From: Vermamoeba vermiformis
Taxonomy: Eukaryota
Reading direction: 5' to 3'
NCBI GenBank assembly: GCA_045837725.1
Contig: JBEWZL010000278.1
Coordinates: forward strand, 124,001 to 188,000
Length of the DNA: 64,000 bases
The translations under genes were made by a program, and so were the position numbers. Below the pieces are notes generated by a model. That model saw only the letters and a list, made by a program, of their open reading frames with translations. It did no database searches and had not been told where the DNA came from. Positions 49,889-62,469 of the stretch are shown here, one piece after another (positions within the stretch are counted from its first letter, which is position 1; the number at the start of each line of letters is the position of its first letter).

Positions 49889-51204
49889 TCACTCAGGCGC
49901 ATTGATCTTTTCTTCAGTGAAGTACTCGTAGGCTTGCCACCCAACCAAAGCAGTTGTTCCGCCTCCCGCTGTTGCTCCTACTGCAATTCCAATGGGTATG
50001 CCAACGCCAGTGAATTCAAATCCCTTTGCCAGGGCCAACATGACGTATCTACCCAAAGAGATCAAGCCAAACGCGGTTTCATAAACGGCTCTGTACGTCT
50101 TCGCTGTGCGGTTAGGATTAACGGCTAGCAACGCTAAGAGATTCAACATAATGTCAATCATGCGGTTTGTAATGAGGATGTCGACGCCAGGCAAGGGTAA
50201 GCCACCGACGACTGAATTGAAACAACTGAAAGCTGAAATGATTCTGGCAGCTGTTGTGCGACGGTAGTGTCTGTAGAAGCGTTCGGAGTTTTGCGGAATT
50301 ATGTTTTGAATGTCCGTGTTGGCCGTTACCATATCAATCAAACGTTGAATTCCATAATGATGTTGCCATCTTGTAGCGGTAATGCACAGAAATTTGTTAT
50401 TGTCGGCCTTGAACGAGGGTAAGTTGCTTGACAGCATTTCTTGGACTGTTGGCATCAAATTTGCGTTATTATCCAAGGAATGACAGTATTGTTCCCAATC
50501 TCCTTGAGGAACGAACAACTCGTCAATGCGATGGAAGACGAATACAATTGGAATATGGAACTTCCAGATTGAGTAAATCATCTTCTTCACATCAACGATG
50601 GATTTTTCAAGCATTTGAGCATCGTGCTCCCTCGCCAAGTTCATAGCGGATGTTACTACAATCAAGACGTCGGGCTTGTTGCGCTTGATTTCTGTTTCCA
50701 ATTTTTCTTTCGCTTTGTCATTTTTTTTGCCAGCAAAACCTTCGCCAAACAATCAGAAATGTTGAAAAAGGGGAAATGATATTTACCAACGGTGTCGATC
50801 ATATCAAAGGGTTCCATATCATGAACACGAACGCTTTCCGTTCTCTTCAGCATCCCCTCCTGAAATAGTTCTGCCAGATCAACTATTATTGAATAGAATT
50901 AGACTACTAGTAGCATTTGGATGCGGAAGTTGAGAACTGTCTTACTTTCAATGCCTAACTGTTTGGCTAGCGCTACAGTCAAACTAGTTTTACCGCTACA
51001 AGATAAACCAAGCATCACCATAGTTTGTTTTCTGCGCGGATCTATCATCTGAGCGCAAGCTTCCATTCTCTCAGTCAGATCCTTAAGTGCAGGGATTTTA
51101 GAGAAAGGAGGATATTCTGCTTTCAATCTGTCAAATTCTTCTTTGAAGGTAGATCGAATACGAGCACACAAGGCCCGCGCATTGTTAACAACTGCTTCGT
51201 CCAT
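49889..51204 (-). CDS. TRAFAC-class P-loop GTPase with DUF697/YcjF-like hydrophobic C-terminus
   Basis: G1 GLSCSGKTS, G3 DTVG (across an intron), G4-like FVFHRID. C-terminal RIISAFS..VGGLPLPGVDI and Gly-rich helices. Confidence 0.7.
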
Positions 51205-51453
51205 GTTCGGTTGATAAAGGAATGAATTCAAAGTGCGAAAGAGTTTTTATGGCCGACCAAAGAATAGGGCTTATTCTTAACTTATTTTCTCTTAAGAATA
51301 CGAAGATTTGTGGATTCAGTTGTGAATTCTTTGTGCTCACGTACCGGCTATTCTTTGCAATAATTTAATAAATTGGGCCAACCCCTCTTGCAGTAGTAGT
51401 CAATCGCAATAACTCTATATTTATTTACATGAAGGGTTTGAGTCAAAATTGCG

Positions 51454-53992
51454 TCAAGGATTTGGCGCTGGTACATCGATAATCAATTGTTTTTTCAGCA
51501 GCCGAAAGTATTGTTGGATCTGCTGATAAAATACACTGTAATGCCGCTGTACAGACTTCATTTTGTTGCTAATATCTTTCAATTCGGATTCTGTTGCCTT
51601 TGGAAAAAATACATCCAATTTTTGCAATTCTTCGGTCTTAGCCGAGATGTTGATGAGAATATCGTTCCATATCTTTCGTTCTATTTTTAGCTTATCATAC
51701 ACTTGGAAATATAATTGACTCAATAACCGTAAATAGACGGTTAGTTCCTCTAAAAAAAAGGTTAATTTTTTGTTGTCGGATGTGGTTTTGGTAAAGGAAT
51801 TTCTTACCTATCACGTGATCTTCGTTCATTAATTGCTCTAATTTTTGTTGCACGGAGGCGATGTGTTGCTTATTTGCCAGTCCTCGCCGGTCAGCGCATA
51901 AGGGTGACAGCGGGATCAGTAGCGGAACTAGTAGGACCGCATAGTAACGAAGTGTCATTAGACTTGAATAACCTCCTAGTTCATCGAAAACTATATATAA
52001 GACGATTAATAAGTTTCATATAATGTGCATAATACTGTTGAACTTGGTACGTTATAAAAAGTGATCCCTTGTGATGTGAGGGTCGGATCCCTTGTTAGAT
52101 GCGTACTTAGGACGACCTTTTTGGCCGTAGAAAAGTATCTATATATATCACGTACATTTCTTTTTATGATCATTGCCGGCCTTTAACGCGAGGGAGTTCG
52201 ATTTGTTCAATAGATATTGCGCGAAGTTCTTAATAATCCTTCCAGCCTACAGATCCGCACGATCGTTAGTACAAAATTACGTTAAACTCAACATGTCGAT
52301 TAACTATCTAACCATCCATATGGTATGTAATGATAGTAATATAGACTAGTATTGAATATGGGCGGAGTGGCAAGTGATTAAGTTTGTGGATGTAGCGTAC
52401 CTTTTGTGAGATGATCATTTCGTTCTGCAGCACTTCGGTCATATGAACCACTTTGCTCTTGATGTAGTTGCCGCGCTCAGTGTTGGTGAGTACTTTGCCT
52501 TCATCCTCCCAATCAATCACAATCGCTCCGAGTGTCATGTCAATGTGATCAATCGTTTCCCTAGAATTTTGAAAAAAATCTTAAGCTTTTGAAATATTGA
52601 TGCGAATTATTGTGACGTAATAATACGATAAGTGGGCGTAATAATATTATTTAAACTAAAATTATTAAAAGCTGCAACGCGACATTTCCTATTTTTAGTT
52701 CACATGACCAAAATTATTACGTCCGAATAATCTTATATGTAATACTATTAACTGCACTAATGGTGATATTTGATCGAAAATAAAATTGATAAATTATCTT
52801 ACCTGAACGAAAAACAGAACTCTTTGATACCCTCCATTAGCTTCTCGATCTGGTCGTTGTACGCGTACACCCCGAGCTCGACCCAATCAGTTTCGAGATC
52901 GTTTTGAGGGCTAGTCGCGAGTTCACTATTGTCCGATAGTGTGTCTGGGCTTGTGCTCGCTTTCAAGGTCACGGATGTGGCACTCGAGCGTCGATTATCG
53001 ATTAGCAAATGTTGGCTTAGAAATGATGCAGGAATAAAATCTAAATGAATTTCTTCGTAGTCTTGCATTGATAATAATTCTGCGCCGGTCATATCAAAGT
53101 CTTTAAGTATCGACAAGAGCGCTTTTGTCGCTGGATCCACCTGCCAAATAAAAAATTAAAAATGAGCATAAGCAGCATATAAATTAAATAAAGTATATTA
53201 AGTGAATTGTAGCGACAATAAAGTTAACGAAAATTGGCCTGAAGCAAAATGGGATCAGAAAGGGGACCCGAGCTTAGACTGGGATCGTATCGTGTTATTA
53301 TAGCCGCAAGTATCACTACTAAAGTAATTTAATTGTCCTATAAGTGCGTACCTGTCGTTCGAATAGTTTGAACAGCATTGGGTCTGTCGATATTTCGGGA
53401 TCTGCTATTACCGCGCTAAAATATCGCTGTAATACTTTTCTCCGCTTTACGCAGTCATCATATGTTGGTGGAAATATTGTTTTTGATGGGAATACTGGTA
53501 ATTGAGCCTTCCTCTTCGGATATTTTTGGCAGATCTACGCAACAACAATAATAAATACACTTGAACGATATTAATTATCAAAAAATTAATCCAATTATGA
53601 TGAAGGAATTTTTGTGATCAAAGCTACAGATATAGGTTGTCCAAAACGGTTCAATAATTTGCGCCGGATTTTTAATCCCTCCTTGACTTACGTATTCATG
53701 GAACTTTAATAGCTTTTTATAGCGCACCCATACATGATAATCTTCGACTGATTCTACTTTTGCTTCAAATGCCTTTTGATAAAAGAAAATGGGTTAGAAA
53801 TCGAAACCTGCTGTTTTATGGCTGAGATCAAACTAAAAACATTAACCCGCTTTCTTAAATATATGAACATACAAAGTACGGCTTAATAACGTTGTTTTCT
53901 TTTTCTAAAAAGGATTTGATCTCCAGAAAAGTGACACCGATGATGGTAAATCCTTTCTCTTTTGCTGTATTGCGGTGTATTGTATGGTTCAT
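51454..53992 (-). CDS. PX-domain protein with helical/coiled C-terminus
   Basis: KPYF..VWVRYKKLLKFHEYICQKYP..LPVFPSKTIF..CVKRRKVLQRYFSAVI..DPMLFKLF. Confidence 0.7.
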
Positions 53993-54452
53993 CGTTTAAT
54001 CATCATTATGCGTGTTAATATGTTATTCTTCGGCAATACGGAATAAATGGTAAAAAGGAAACAAATTTTGATTATTGACATTATGACAGGATCTAGAATA
54101 CTTGCCCAAATTAGCGTAAGAATCTTGTCTCTTATGACTCATAGTTAGGTCTAGTTATCGGGTCATCCTTTGAGGTGCTTAATGTGCAGATCCCGAAGAT
54201 CTGATCGTTGCACACGATTTTTTGTCTTGGTTTTGGTGTTATTAATTCTGTTGGTACATCACTTAATTTATTTGACGTTCAAATACAGTTGATAATATTC
54301 CTCGTACTTGTTTTTTGTCGAACACGAAGCATTACAAAATTTAGAGCGCGAAACACCATCCGCTCTCTTGAACTTCGATGTGCAACACAATACAGCCCTT
54401 ATTTAATCAAAATTAATACAATATCAAAGCCACATTCTGTTTATCGAGTAAA

Positions 54453-57400
54453 ATGGGTAAGTGCTGTTCTCTTAGCTCCAGAAGTGATTTTCTCGATCTT
54501 CAACCAACCTTAATTACCAGCTAAAATATTGAAAAAAATAACTGAATAGACCAATATAATTATGTTATGAAATCAACGGATATTAACAAAAAGGATCTTA
54601 CAGATCCACTGAAATTTTCATAACAAAATATTCTCGTCATAATTTCGAAAAAAATAATTGCATTAAAGAAATATGTAATCTTGAATTATATTAATTGGTC
54701 TACGGAACGAGATCTAATTCAGTTAATGTTTTTCAGCTTCGGTCGTGTACGTATGGGGCGAGAATGCTTCAGCTCAATTAGGCCTTGGCGATTATAAACG
54801 CCATTCAGTGCCCGAGACCTCGTCTGTATTAGCGGAAATAGGGCCTATAGTTGATATTGCTTGCGCTGAAAAATTTGCCATAGCCATCAATAGTACGTGA
54901 CCTCTATACAGCTTAGTATAATAGCCAAATATTTATTATAATATTTTTACAGCTCAGGGCGACGCCTATATTTGGGGCTCGGTGCCGACACCGACGGCGA
55001 ATTTTCTGTATTGGACATTAGGAACGGATAACATCACTGAAAGACCATTGAAAATTGAACTTGTAAGTCAATCGTTAATTAGAAATTCAAATATTAATTT
55101 TAATTACAGCAAGGTTATACTTGGAAATCAGCCGCAGCTTGCCATAGAAATATTGGTTTGGTTACAAGTACGCGCTAAAAAAATTATCACCGCGTGCCAT
55201 CAACTTTTGAAAGAGTTTTCTATGCTATAATAATGAGACTTCGATTAATGATTGGTGATATTTATAGAGAAAGGCAAGGTCGTTATGCTCGGTGATTCTT
55301 CTATGGGCCAGTTAGGCATCGGTCGAAGATCCGCTCCTAACAACCCTGCCGAAGTCGCCAATCTTACGAACATCGAAAAGCTCGCAGTTGGATATTTTCA
55401 TTGCCTCGCTCTTGATAGTAAGTCAAACATTACTAACTACGTAGGTATTTAATATTTACATTATTGACAGACGAAGGCAATGTGTACAGTTGGGGAGCGG
55501 GATCCGGTGGAAAACTTGGTACTGGCGAGACTTCTGACGCCTTGTTTCCTGTGAAAATTGCTGGACTGAAAAGCGTTAAAGACATTGTCGCAGGCAAAAC
55601 TGTGTCAGCGGCACTGACCACTGATGGTGAAGTGTACACGTGGGGCAACGACAAGTCTGGTGCATTAGGATTGAAAGGAGTCGTCGAGACGTTCACACCA
55701 CAAAAAGTAGAGATAACCGAGAAGATTGCTTCGTTGTCTTTGTACGAGAGTCATATTGGTGCTGTCTCTGAGACTGGAAAGCTGTTCATGTGGGGTCGTG
55801 GCACGGAAGGTACGAGGCCTCACTATTTGACCTGTTTGTTCTAACAATGTGATTATAATTATAGGACAACTTGGTTGGGGAAAAATTGATAACACCGCTA
55901 TTCCTGTGTTGCCTACAATCAAAACAGATGATCCGTTCGTGCGTGTCTCGTGCGCGATGTATCATACTATCGCAACGACTCAGAGCAACAAAATTTACGC
56001 GTTTGGCCAAGGCTTGTCCGGTCAATTAGGAGTCTCTGCCCAGTACGTACTAATAGATCTATTGTTATTATTGAGTGCTAAGACATTGTTTTGTTGTAGG
56101 TGGAAGACTGAGCTCATCCCTAGATCGTTGGAGATTAAACCAAAAGAGGTCTTGTTCTTACGATCTGGTGGCAAGTTTAACTTCTTAGGGACAACAGGTA
56201 CGTATCAATATATAAGACCTAATTCCTTATTTGCTCAATGTTACGTTAGAAATTGCTGAGGAAATCGAAGGAGAGAAAAAAGATGCTGACTCAGAGTGGG
56301 AAGTGGAAAAAATCTTAAATAAGAGATATGGAGACAACGTTAGTACCAAGTTCATATTAATTGTACTAGAGAGCTGATGATCTATTTATAGGGCCGAGTA
56401 CAATACTTAGTTAAGTGGAAGGATTACCCGAGCGAACAAAACAGCTGGGAAGGCAAAGAGAATTTGGCGGGCTGCAGAGATATGATTAAAGAATATGAAA
56501 AGGCATTGGAAGATGCTCAGAATGATAATAGAGTACGTAGTCACTATCATCAAGTATTATTTTATTAATTTTATTTCTCGCAGAAAAAAATTCGTCAAGA
56601 GGTCAAAGCGGCTTCTCAAACGAAAATACCAAGGTATATGCCATCAGTCGATGACTTGGATAGCGAGAGCAGCGGGTCTTCCGAAAGCGAAGAGAGTGGC
56701 GAGAGAGAGCGGTGAAGAGTCGGGATCTGAAAAGTCAAGCGAAGAGAAACAAAAAGAACTGCTGAAGAAGAAAAATGCCGAAAAGAAGAAAGAAGAGCCG
56801 AAAAAGTCGAAAGAAGCGAGTATTAATAATGTTAATATAAATAACACAGAACGAACGGAAGACACGAAGAAAAGCAACGGATCAAGCTCTTCCGCGAAGC
56901 CGACAAAAGAAAAGGAAAATGGATCCCAAAAATCAAAGAAAGAGTCTGCAGTTACCCAGACTTCGTCCAGTAAAAAGAAAACAGAGGATAAGTCGAAGCC
57001 AGAAATCAAAAAGAAGTACGAGGATCTGATCTCGAAACAAAAGGCAAGACTTCAACCGAGACAATATAAAGAACGAAAAAGGCCATCCGATGATTCAGAT
57101 GTACCAAGCTCTGACGCTTCAGAGGATTCTTCGAGATCAGGATCCGAAAGCGCATCCGGTTCTGACGATGAATCTGAAGAGGTTCTATCGCAAAAGAAGC
57201 TGAAGCCTCTTCCCAAAACGAAAGTTTGAGGAGAATACTCGAACAGCGAAGCACGACTCCGTAGAAATGGAGGACTCAGCTGAATCCGGTCCAGTCGAGC
57301 CCGAGAAAGAAGATAAGAAAATTGTTAAGAAGAAGGATAAATCATCACCACCACCAAAAGAAGAGAAGACTAGCGTAGTAGATGATATGGACATCGACCT

Positions 57401-59149
57401 TAACGAGCCACCTCCAGAGCCTGTTATTGTCGAAACTAAGCCTAAACCAGCTCCCTCGCCAGCAAAAGCAAAAGCAAAGCGCGTTATCGTAGATGAAGAT
57501 GAAGACGATGAAGACGTTAGCGGCGAGACAAAAGAAGTTACGATTGTCTCCAAGAGAGCACCGAGTAATAACAACAAGACTACGCCTGAACGAAAGTCGC
57601 CGAAAAATAACGAGAAAAATTCGAAGAAAACTAAAGAAGAAAGTACAAAGAAGAGCACTCCACCTAAAAAGGAACGAGAGCGACTAAAGACAAAGACTGA
57701 GGTTGAAGTTGCTCAACAAGTCGATGATAGCGAAGAAGAGGCTGGATCTGGTGAAGAATACGAAGTCGAGAAGATTATTGGACACAAATACGTTAAAGTA
57801 AGGTCTACCTATACTCTATTAGATCTATACTAACATTTTTTCAGAACAAGATTCATTATTTTGTCAAATGGAAAGGCTGGCCATCTTCGTCTAATACCGT
57901 ACGCGCCTTGAAGTCGCTACAAATAGTGTTAACTAACAATTATATGTAGTGGGAGCCGTTAAAGCACCTTGAACATTGCCAACCTGCAATCGATGCGTAT
58001 GAACGAGAATTAGCTGAGAGGGTGAGTGCGCATCCGCTTACATTTCTCAAACACCTTTATTCTTACGCGATTAATATATAGGAAGAAGACGAAAATTCAG
58101 AAGACGAAGAGTTGACTAAGCGCAACAAGTTGGCTAAATACAGTGGCCACGTACCGCCAAAGTGGATCGGCAAGGCTCGCGAAGAGAAAGGAAAAATGAT
58201 TTATAAATGCGTCGAAATTGATGGAGTAAGACTATACCACACACAGACATATTTAACTGAATTACTGTGGCTAATATTCGCGGTTTAGGTTCAATACAAG
58301 ATTGATGACGATGTCTTTTTGACCGTAATCGATGGTGATACGGCCCATCGAGCTTATGCAAGACTAAAATCGCTTTGGGAGGTACGTATAATTTTAATAT
58401 GATAAATAGACTTGCTTGCCAGTTGAGCGGAGTTTCAATTTAAAAATTAATTTTTATTTTGAAGTTTCTCGACTTGCTTATCAAAGAATGCAGGTATCAT
58501 CTAACAAATATAATATAATTAGGATCGTAAAGGCAAACAATGGGGAATAGTGACTTGGTACTTCCAATGGCGAGACATGACTTCGAAACAAAAAGAAAAG
58601 AAGAAGGCTACGCTCGATGAGAAAGTAGATTGGTCGCTAAGAAAGAGACGAGAGTTGTTTGTGGGCACTAAAGAAGAACATATCTTGATAAATCGCCTTG
58701 AGGGCAAGATCTGGTAAGAAATCATCAGATTCGGATCTATTTTGTGCGGCCAAGATCCACAGGCCGTAGCGAGATATTTTAACGCAATTTTATTAAGTAT
58801 ATAGTCGATACTAATAATCGTCGTATAGCATCGTAAACTACGCGTTGTATCTGAAACAACTGAAGCAAGATCTGGATCTCCCTGAAGAAGACGTCTTCTT
58901 TACGAATGAAAACTATGACGAGCATATAGGCTTCTCACCATTAACAGACGAGCAAAAAGAGATGTTTTGTAAGTACAAGTTGCCTCTTCTTATTCTAGGA
59001 CTTCGTTTAATTATTAACCTATGCATCCAGCCACCTTGCAAAAGCCGACTGAAATTAGCGTTACTCGCGCGGCAAAATGGTGGCAAGAGCACACGAGACC
59101 TGCGGCTAAACAAGAACCACCGAAGAAGAAGCAAAAGACGAAGAAGTAG
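54453..59149 (+). CDS. RCC1-repeat propeller + chromodomain + low-complexity linker + chromodomain + BAH domain protein
   Basis: RCC1: VYVWGENASAQLGLG, VYSWGAGSGGKLGTG, LFMWGRGTEGQLGWG. Chromo1: EWEVEKIL..YLVKWKDYPSEQNSWE. Chromo2: EYEVEKII..YFVKWKGWPSSSNTWEP. BAH: DGVQYKIDDDVFL..YARLKSLWE..VTWYF..RELF..LEGK..DVFF..NYD. Two apparent frameshifts in the linker (~56705, ~57225). Confidence 0.8.
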
Positions 59150-59315
59150 TTAATAGAATTGGAGATTCAATTAGTACTAAAGCTGTTGCTATTTAATATT
59201 GTTTATATTAATTTGACACTATTGTTTGTTCAGAGTTTTGCGTCGTGCGATAGATCCACCAAAAAATTTAATTTCCGAAGGTGAAGAACACGCTAGTAAT
59301 TCATTAAGTTTTGTC

Positions 59316-62300
59316 ATGACAGATACTGTTAATAATATTATTGCCGATGTCATTTTAACGATAAAAGCAGAAGGTACAACAATTTACAAAATTTTTAGAT
59401 CCGGAAATATCCGACCTCCGTAATTTTTAAAAATCCAAATATTGATTATGTATTATTAGGAACACATATAAAAGCATTCCAAAGATATGGAAAGAAAATC
59501 AAAAAATTCACTAGATCTTATCAAGTTAGTCAAACCGTTTCGCAGCTGATCGAGGAGGGAGACGACGTCGTATTCAATTTTTTAAGAATTATATACATGT
59601 ATGCGATCCATCTTGGATTGAAAGAAGAGAGCTGGTTTTTAGGAATCATACAAATTCACTTGAGAAGGTAAGTCTTGCGTTCAATTGTAATTTAGAGCAC
59701 GGGTTTATGACTCAGTATTTAGGCCATAATACCAAAGCATTGGAATATCGCAAATTTTCTTGTTAAATTCGCTTTAGAGAGTGATTCGAAACAGCTCGAA
59801 AAAGATGAGTTTTGGGATTCGAAGCTGGAGCACAAAGCAACGCCAGATCAATGGGGAAAAGCCATTAGTACGTTAATTATAATCATTATACCGTATTGTA
59901 CTTAACTCCCGTTAGAATTGGTCGTCAAATCTTGCATTCCATCCGATGTCCACTACGGAATTTCTAACCTGACAGTTGGGCACCTATGGGTAAAGCGTCT
60001 AAGCCACATGAAGTCAGTGATTCACGACGGCTTTGTGACCATATTAGACTTGGTTAAGTATCCAACAGCGTTCATGTTGATGATTGTATTAGGCGTTTAT
60101 GAGGTGCCTCAAAAAACGGGTGCGTACTTGGTAAATTCGAGAATCTCGAACTAGGCAACAACTCATCGTTTATTATAGTATATAATGTAACTCTTCCATA
60201 TGCTGTATGGAGTTCTGGTGCGAAAAAAGAACAGCGTGCAATGTTGTTACAATTTCTTTTCGAAGCAATGGACCCGAAGCAATTTGACCTCCCCTGTGGC
60301 CCTAACAACGTACCGCTTGTTTACGAAGTATTAAGAGCTGCTGACTTATATATCCTTGAACGAGTGCATCTGCTAAGGACTAAAATTGATTGTGAGTACA
60401 GACGGAGAATTGTTTTGCGGATCTAACGAGGTAATGTTTGTAGGGAATATGAAAGATGAAAAAGACCGAAATATCGGACATTATATTCATCCGACGTTAA
60501 TGTTTAACGAGATCTTTCAGGCACAAGATCGACTTGTTTACGGCCACACGTAAGTAAAAAGTAAGTAACATATTACGGATCTGATGATATTTTAGAGCTA
60601 TTCATAAGAATACTCCAGCCATTGTTAATTTTCTGGATCAAAGAGAATGGATCGCCGATCATTATTTTGAAAGATATCCTGGTACGGTTAGCCATCGTTC
60701 CTTTTTGTTTTTCTGACGTTGTTCTTTGTGTAGAGATACTTCAGGCCTTAGACGTGTTGTTACAAAAAGACAAAGAGGCATTATTGAGTCATTTGGAAAC
60801 GACTGGCGACTTGTTCTTATTGGCGTACTGCATGAGTAAAGGGCACAAAGCACCGCAAAAGAACAACACTTGGAACGAGCTTTATGAGGGTACGTCTAGA
60901 TAAATAAAATGGTACTTAATTAATATATTCCTTAGTTTGGGCGTTAAATAACAAAAAGATGGAGAAACTAACGGATGCGGATGATTCGGGTATCAATGGT
61001 GCGGATCTGCGGTGTCATATTTACGAATTGCCCGATGAGATTATTGGTTTGATCGTTTTGAAAATCTCGTTCGAGGAAATGATGAACTTATTTTCAGTCT
61101 CAACGACCATGCATCAACTGTTTAAACGAATGACAAGTTCTTCGTTGTGGCGGGAGATCGCGACCAAACATTTCAACGCGCATAAACTCAACTACCTTGC
61201 TTCTCAACCAATCACTGATTGGCGCAGTCACGTGATCAAAGAAATGAGGTAAAACTCGTCCAAAAGAATTATGAAAGTATCATTAACGACCATTTTGTTA
61301 TTAGATGGCGAAAGAACTGGATTCATCAACGGTTCACTGAACGAACGGTTTTCACTGAACCGGATGGGAAATCGAAAGGGAATGTTTGTTTTGCTGTAGA
61401 CGACAACTGGTTTGTGAATACATCGGAGCTGAAAGTCTGTTGTTGGAACTGTCACACAGGTCAAACGGAGTCAATGCACCTTTCACGGGTCAACCTCAAC
61501 AACATAATAATAGTTGAATCGACACCCAATTCATTGAAAATTGCTATTATTGGAGTCTCGAGGAACAATGGAGGCATTATTGTCATCATCGCAGATCCGT
61601 TAGCGAACAGAGTTCTGAAGGAGATCCAGCCTCGTGTACCTGCCGACCGCGCGATACCATACTTTTTCAAGTATCAGTCTAAACTATGTTATTATATCGG
61701 TCCAGGTAATACCCATATATTCTGAAAAAAATAATAATAATATATTTATGTCCTATGGTTTCTATTCTAATATTATTTCTGGTGCAGAGCTGCAGGAAGT
61801 TGATATCGAGGCGGGAACAACAAAAGTAATCAAAGACATTCCAAAGGAAAGTGTTAAATCAATCGCAGTCAATAGCGAGAACAATTCGCTGCTACTTAAT
61901 CGACCTTCAGTTAAGACGAACTTTATGCTGGATGCGGACATGAACCTTATAGAGCTTGAACGAGCACCTGCCACGCAACATATCCTCGATAAGGCATTTA
62001 GGACGACAAATAGCCATTTAATTCCAGTTATAAATATGCTCGAGTTTGGTCAGTGGTTTGCGTCCATGAATGACAGCCCTGTAAGGACTTGCGTATTTAG
62101 AATGAAATTTCGCAGAAGAGCTCTATTATTAAATAACCATTGTATAGATATACCAATCGCTCATAGATAATCAAAATAGTCGAGTACTGATTAAGAAAGG
62201 GAGTGCTGGTATTTCAATGTTGTTGCATCCGAATCTGAAAACGTGGTACGCTGCGTGGAGCGATGCACCGCAAAAATTCGTGGCAATGAATAGTAGATAT

Positions 62301-62372
62301 TTGTTCTAAAATAACAGGGATACGGGCAGTATCTCCTGCCGAGACTTTGATGAACAAAAAATGAGGCCTTAA
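59316..62372 (+). CDS. Uncharacterised helical (weakly ankyrin-like) N-terminal region + central F-box + beta-propeller-like C-terminus
   Basis: Intron 60890-60935 joins the 59.3-60.9 kb exons in frame to the F-box exon (IYELPDEIIGLI..LFSVSTTMHQL..LWREI). Beta-rich C-terminus LKVCCWNCHTG, LQEVDIEAG. Confidence 0.65.
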
Positions 62373-62469
62373 AAAATGCAAGCTTGCAGAACGACGTTCA
62401 CAACAAGACAATTCTATCCAATCAAAACCACAACGCGCATATGCATATGTAATTGTTATTTATTAAAGC

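Noticed and set aside
52140-52156. Apparent 17-nt micro-intron in the PX gene
   Set aside because: The same donor spliced to the acceptor near 51991 gives an in-frame, normal-sized intron.
19630-57230. Frameshifts in the LRR gene, both kinases, the PP2 gene and the RCC1-chromo gene read as pseudogenes or programmed frameshifts
   Set aside because: They are isolated 1-nt indels, often in homopolymers or short repeats, spread over unrelated genes with otherwise intact motifs. Long-read consensus error is the simpler explanation; needs read-level checking.
60959-62372. A stand-alone F-box gene starting at 60959
   Set aside because: A canonical intron (60890-60935) links it in frame to the upstream exons.
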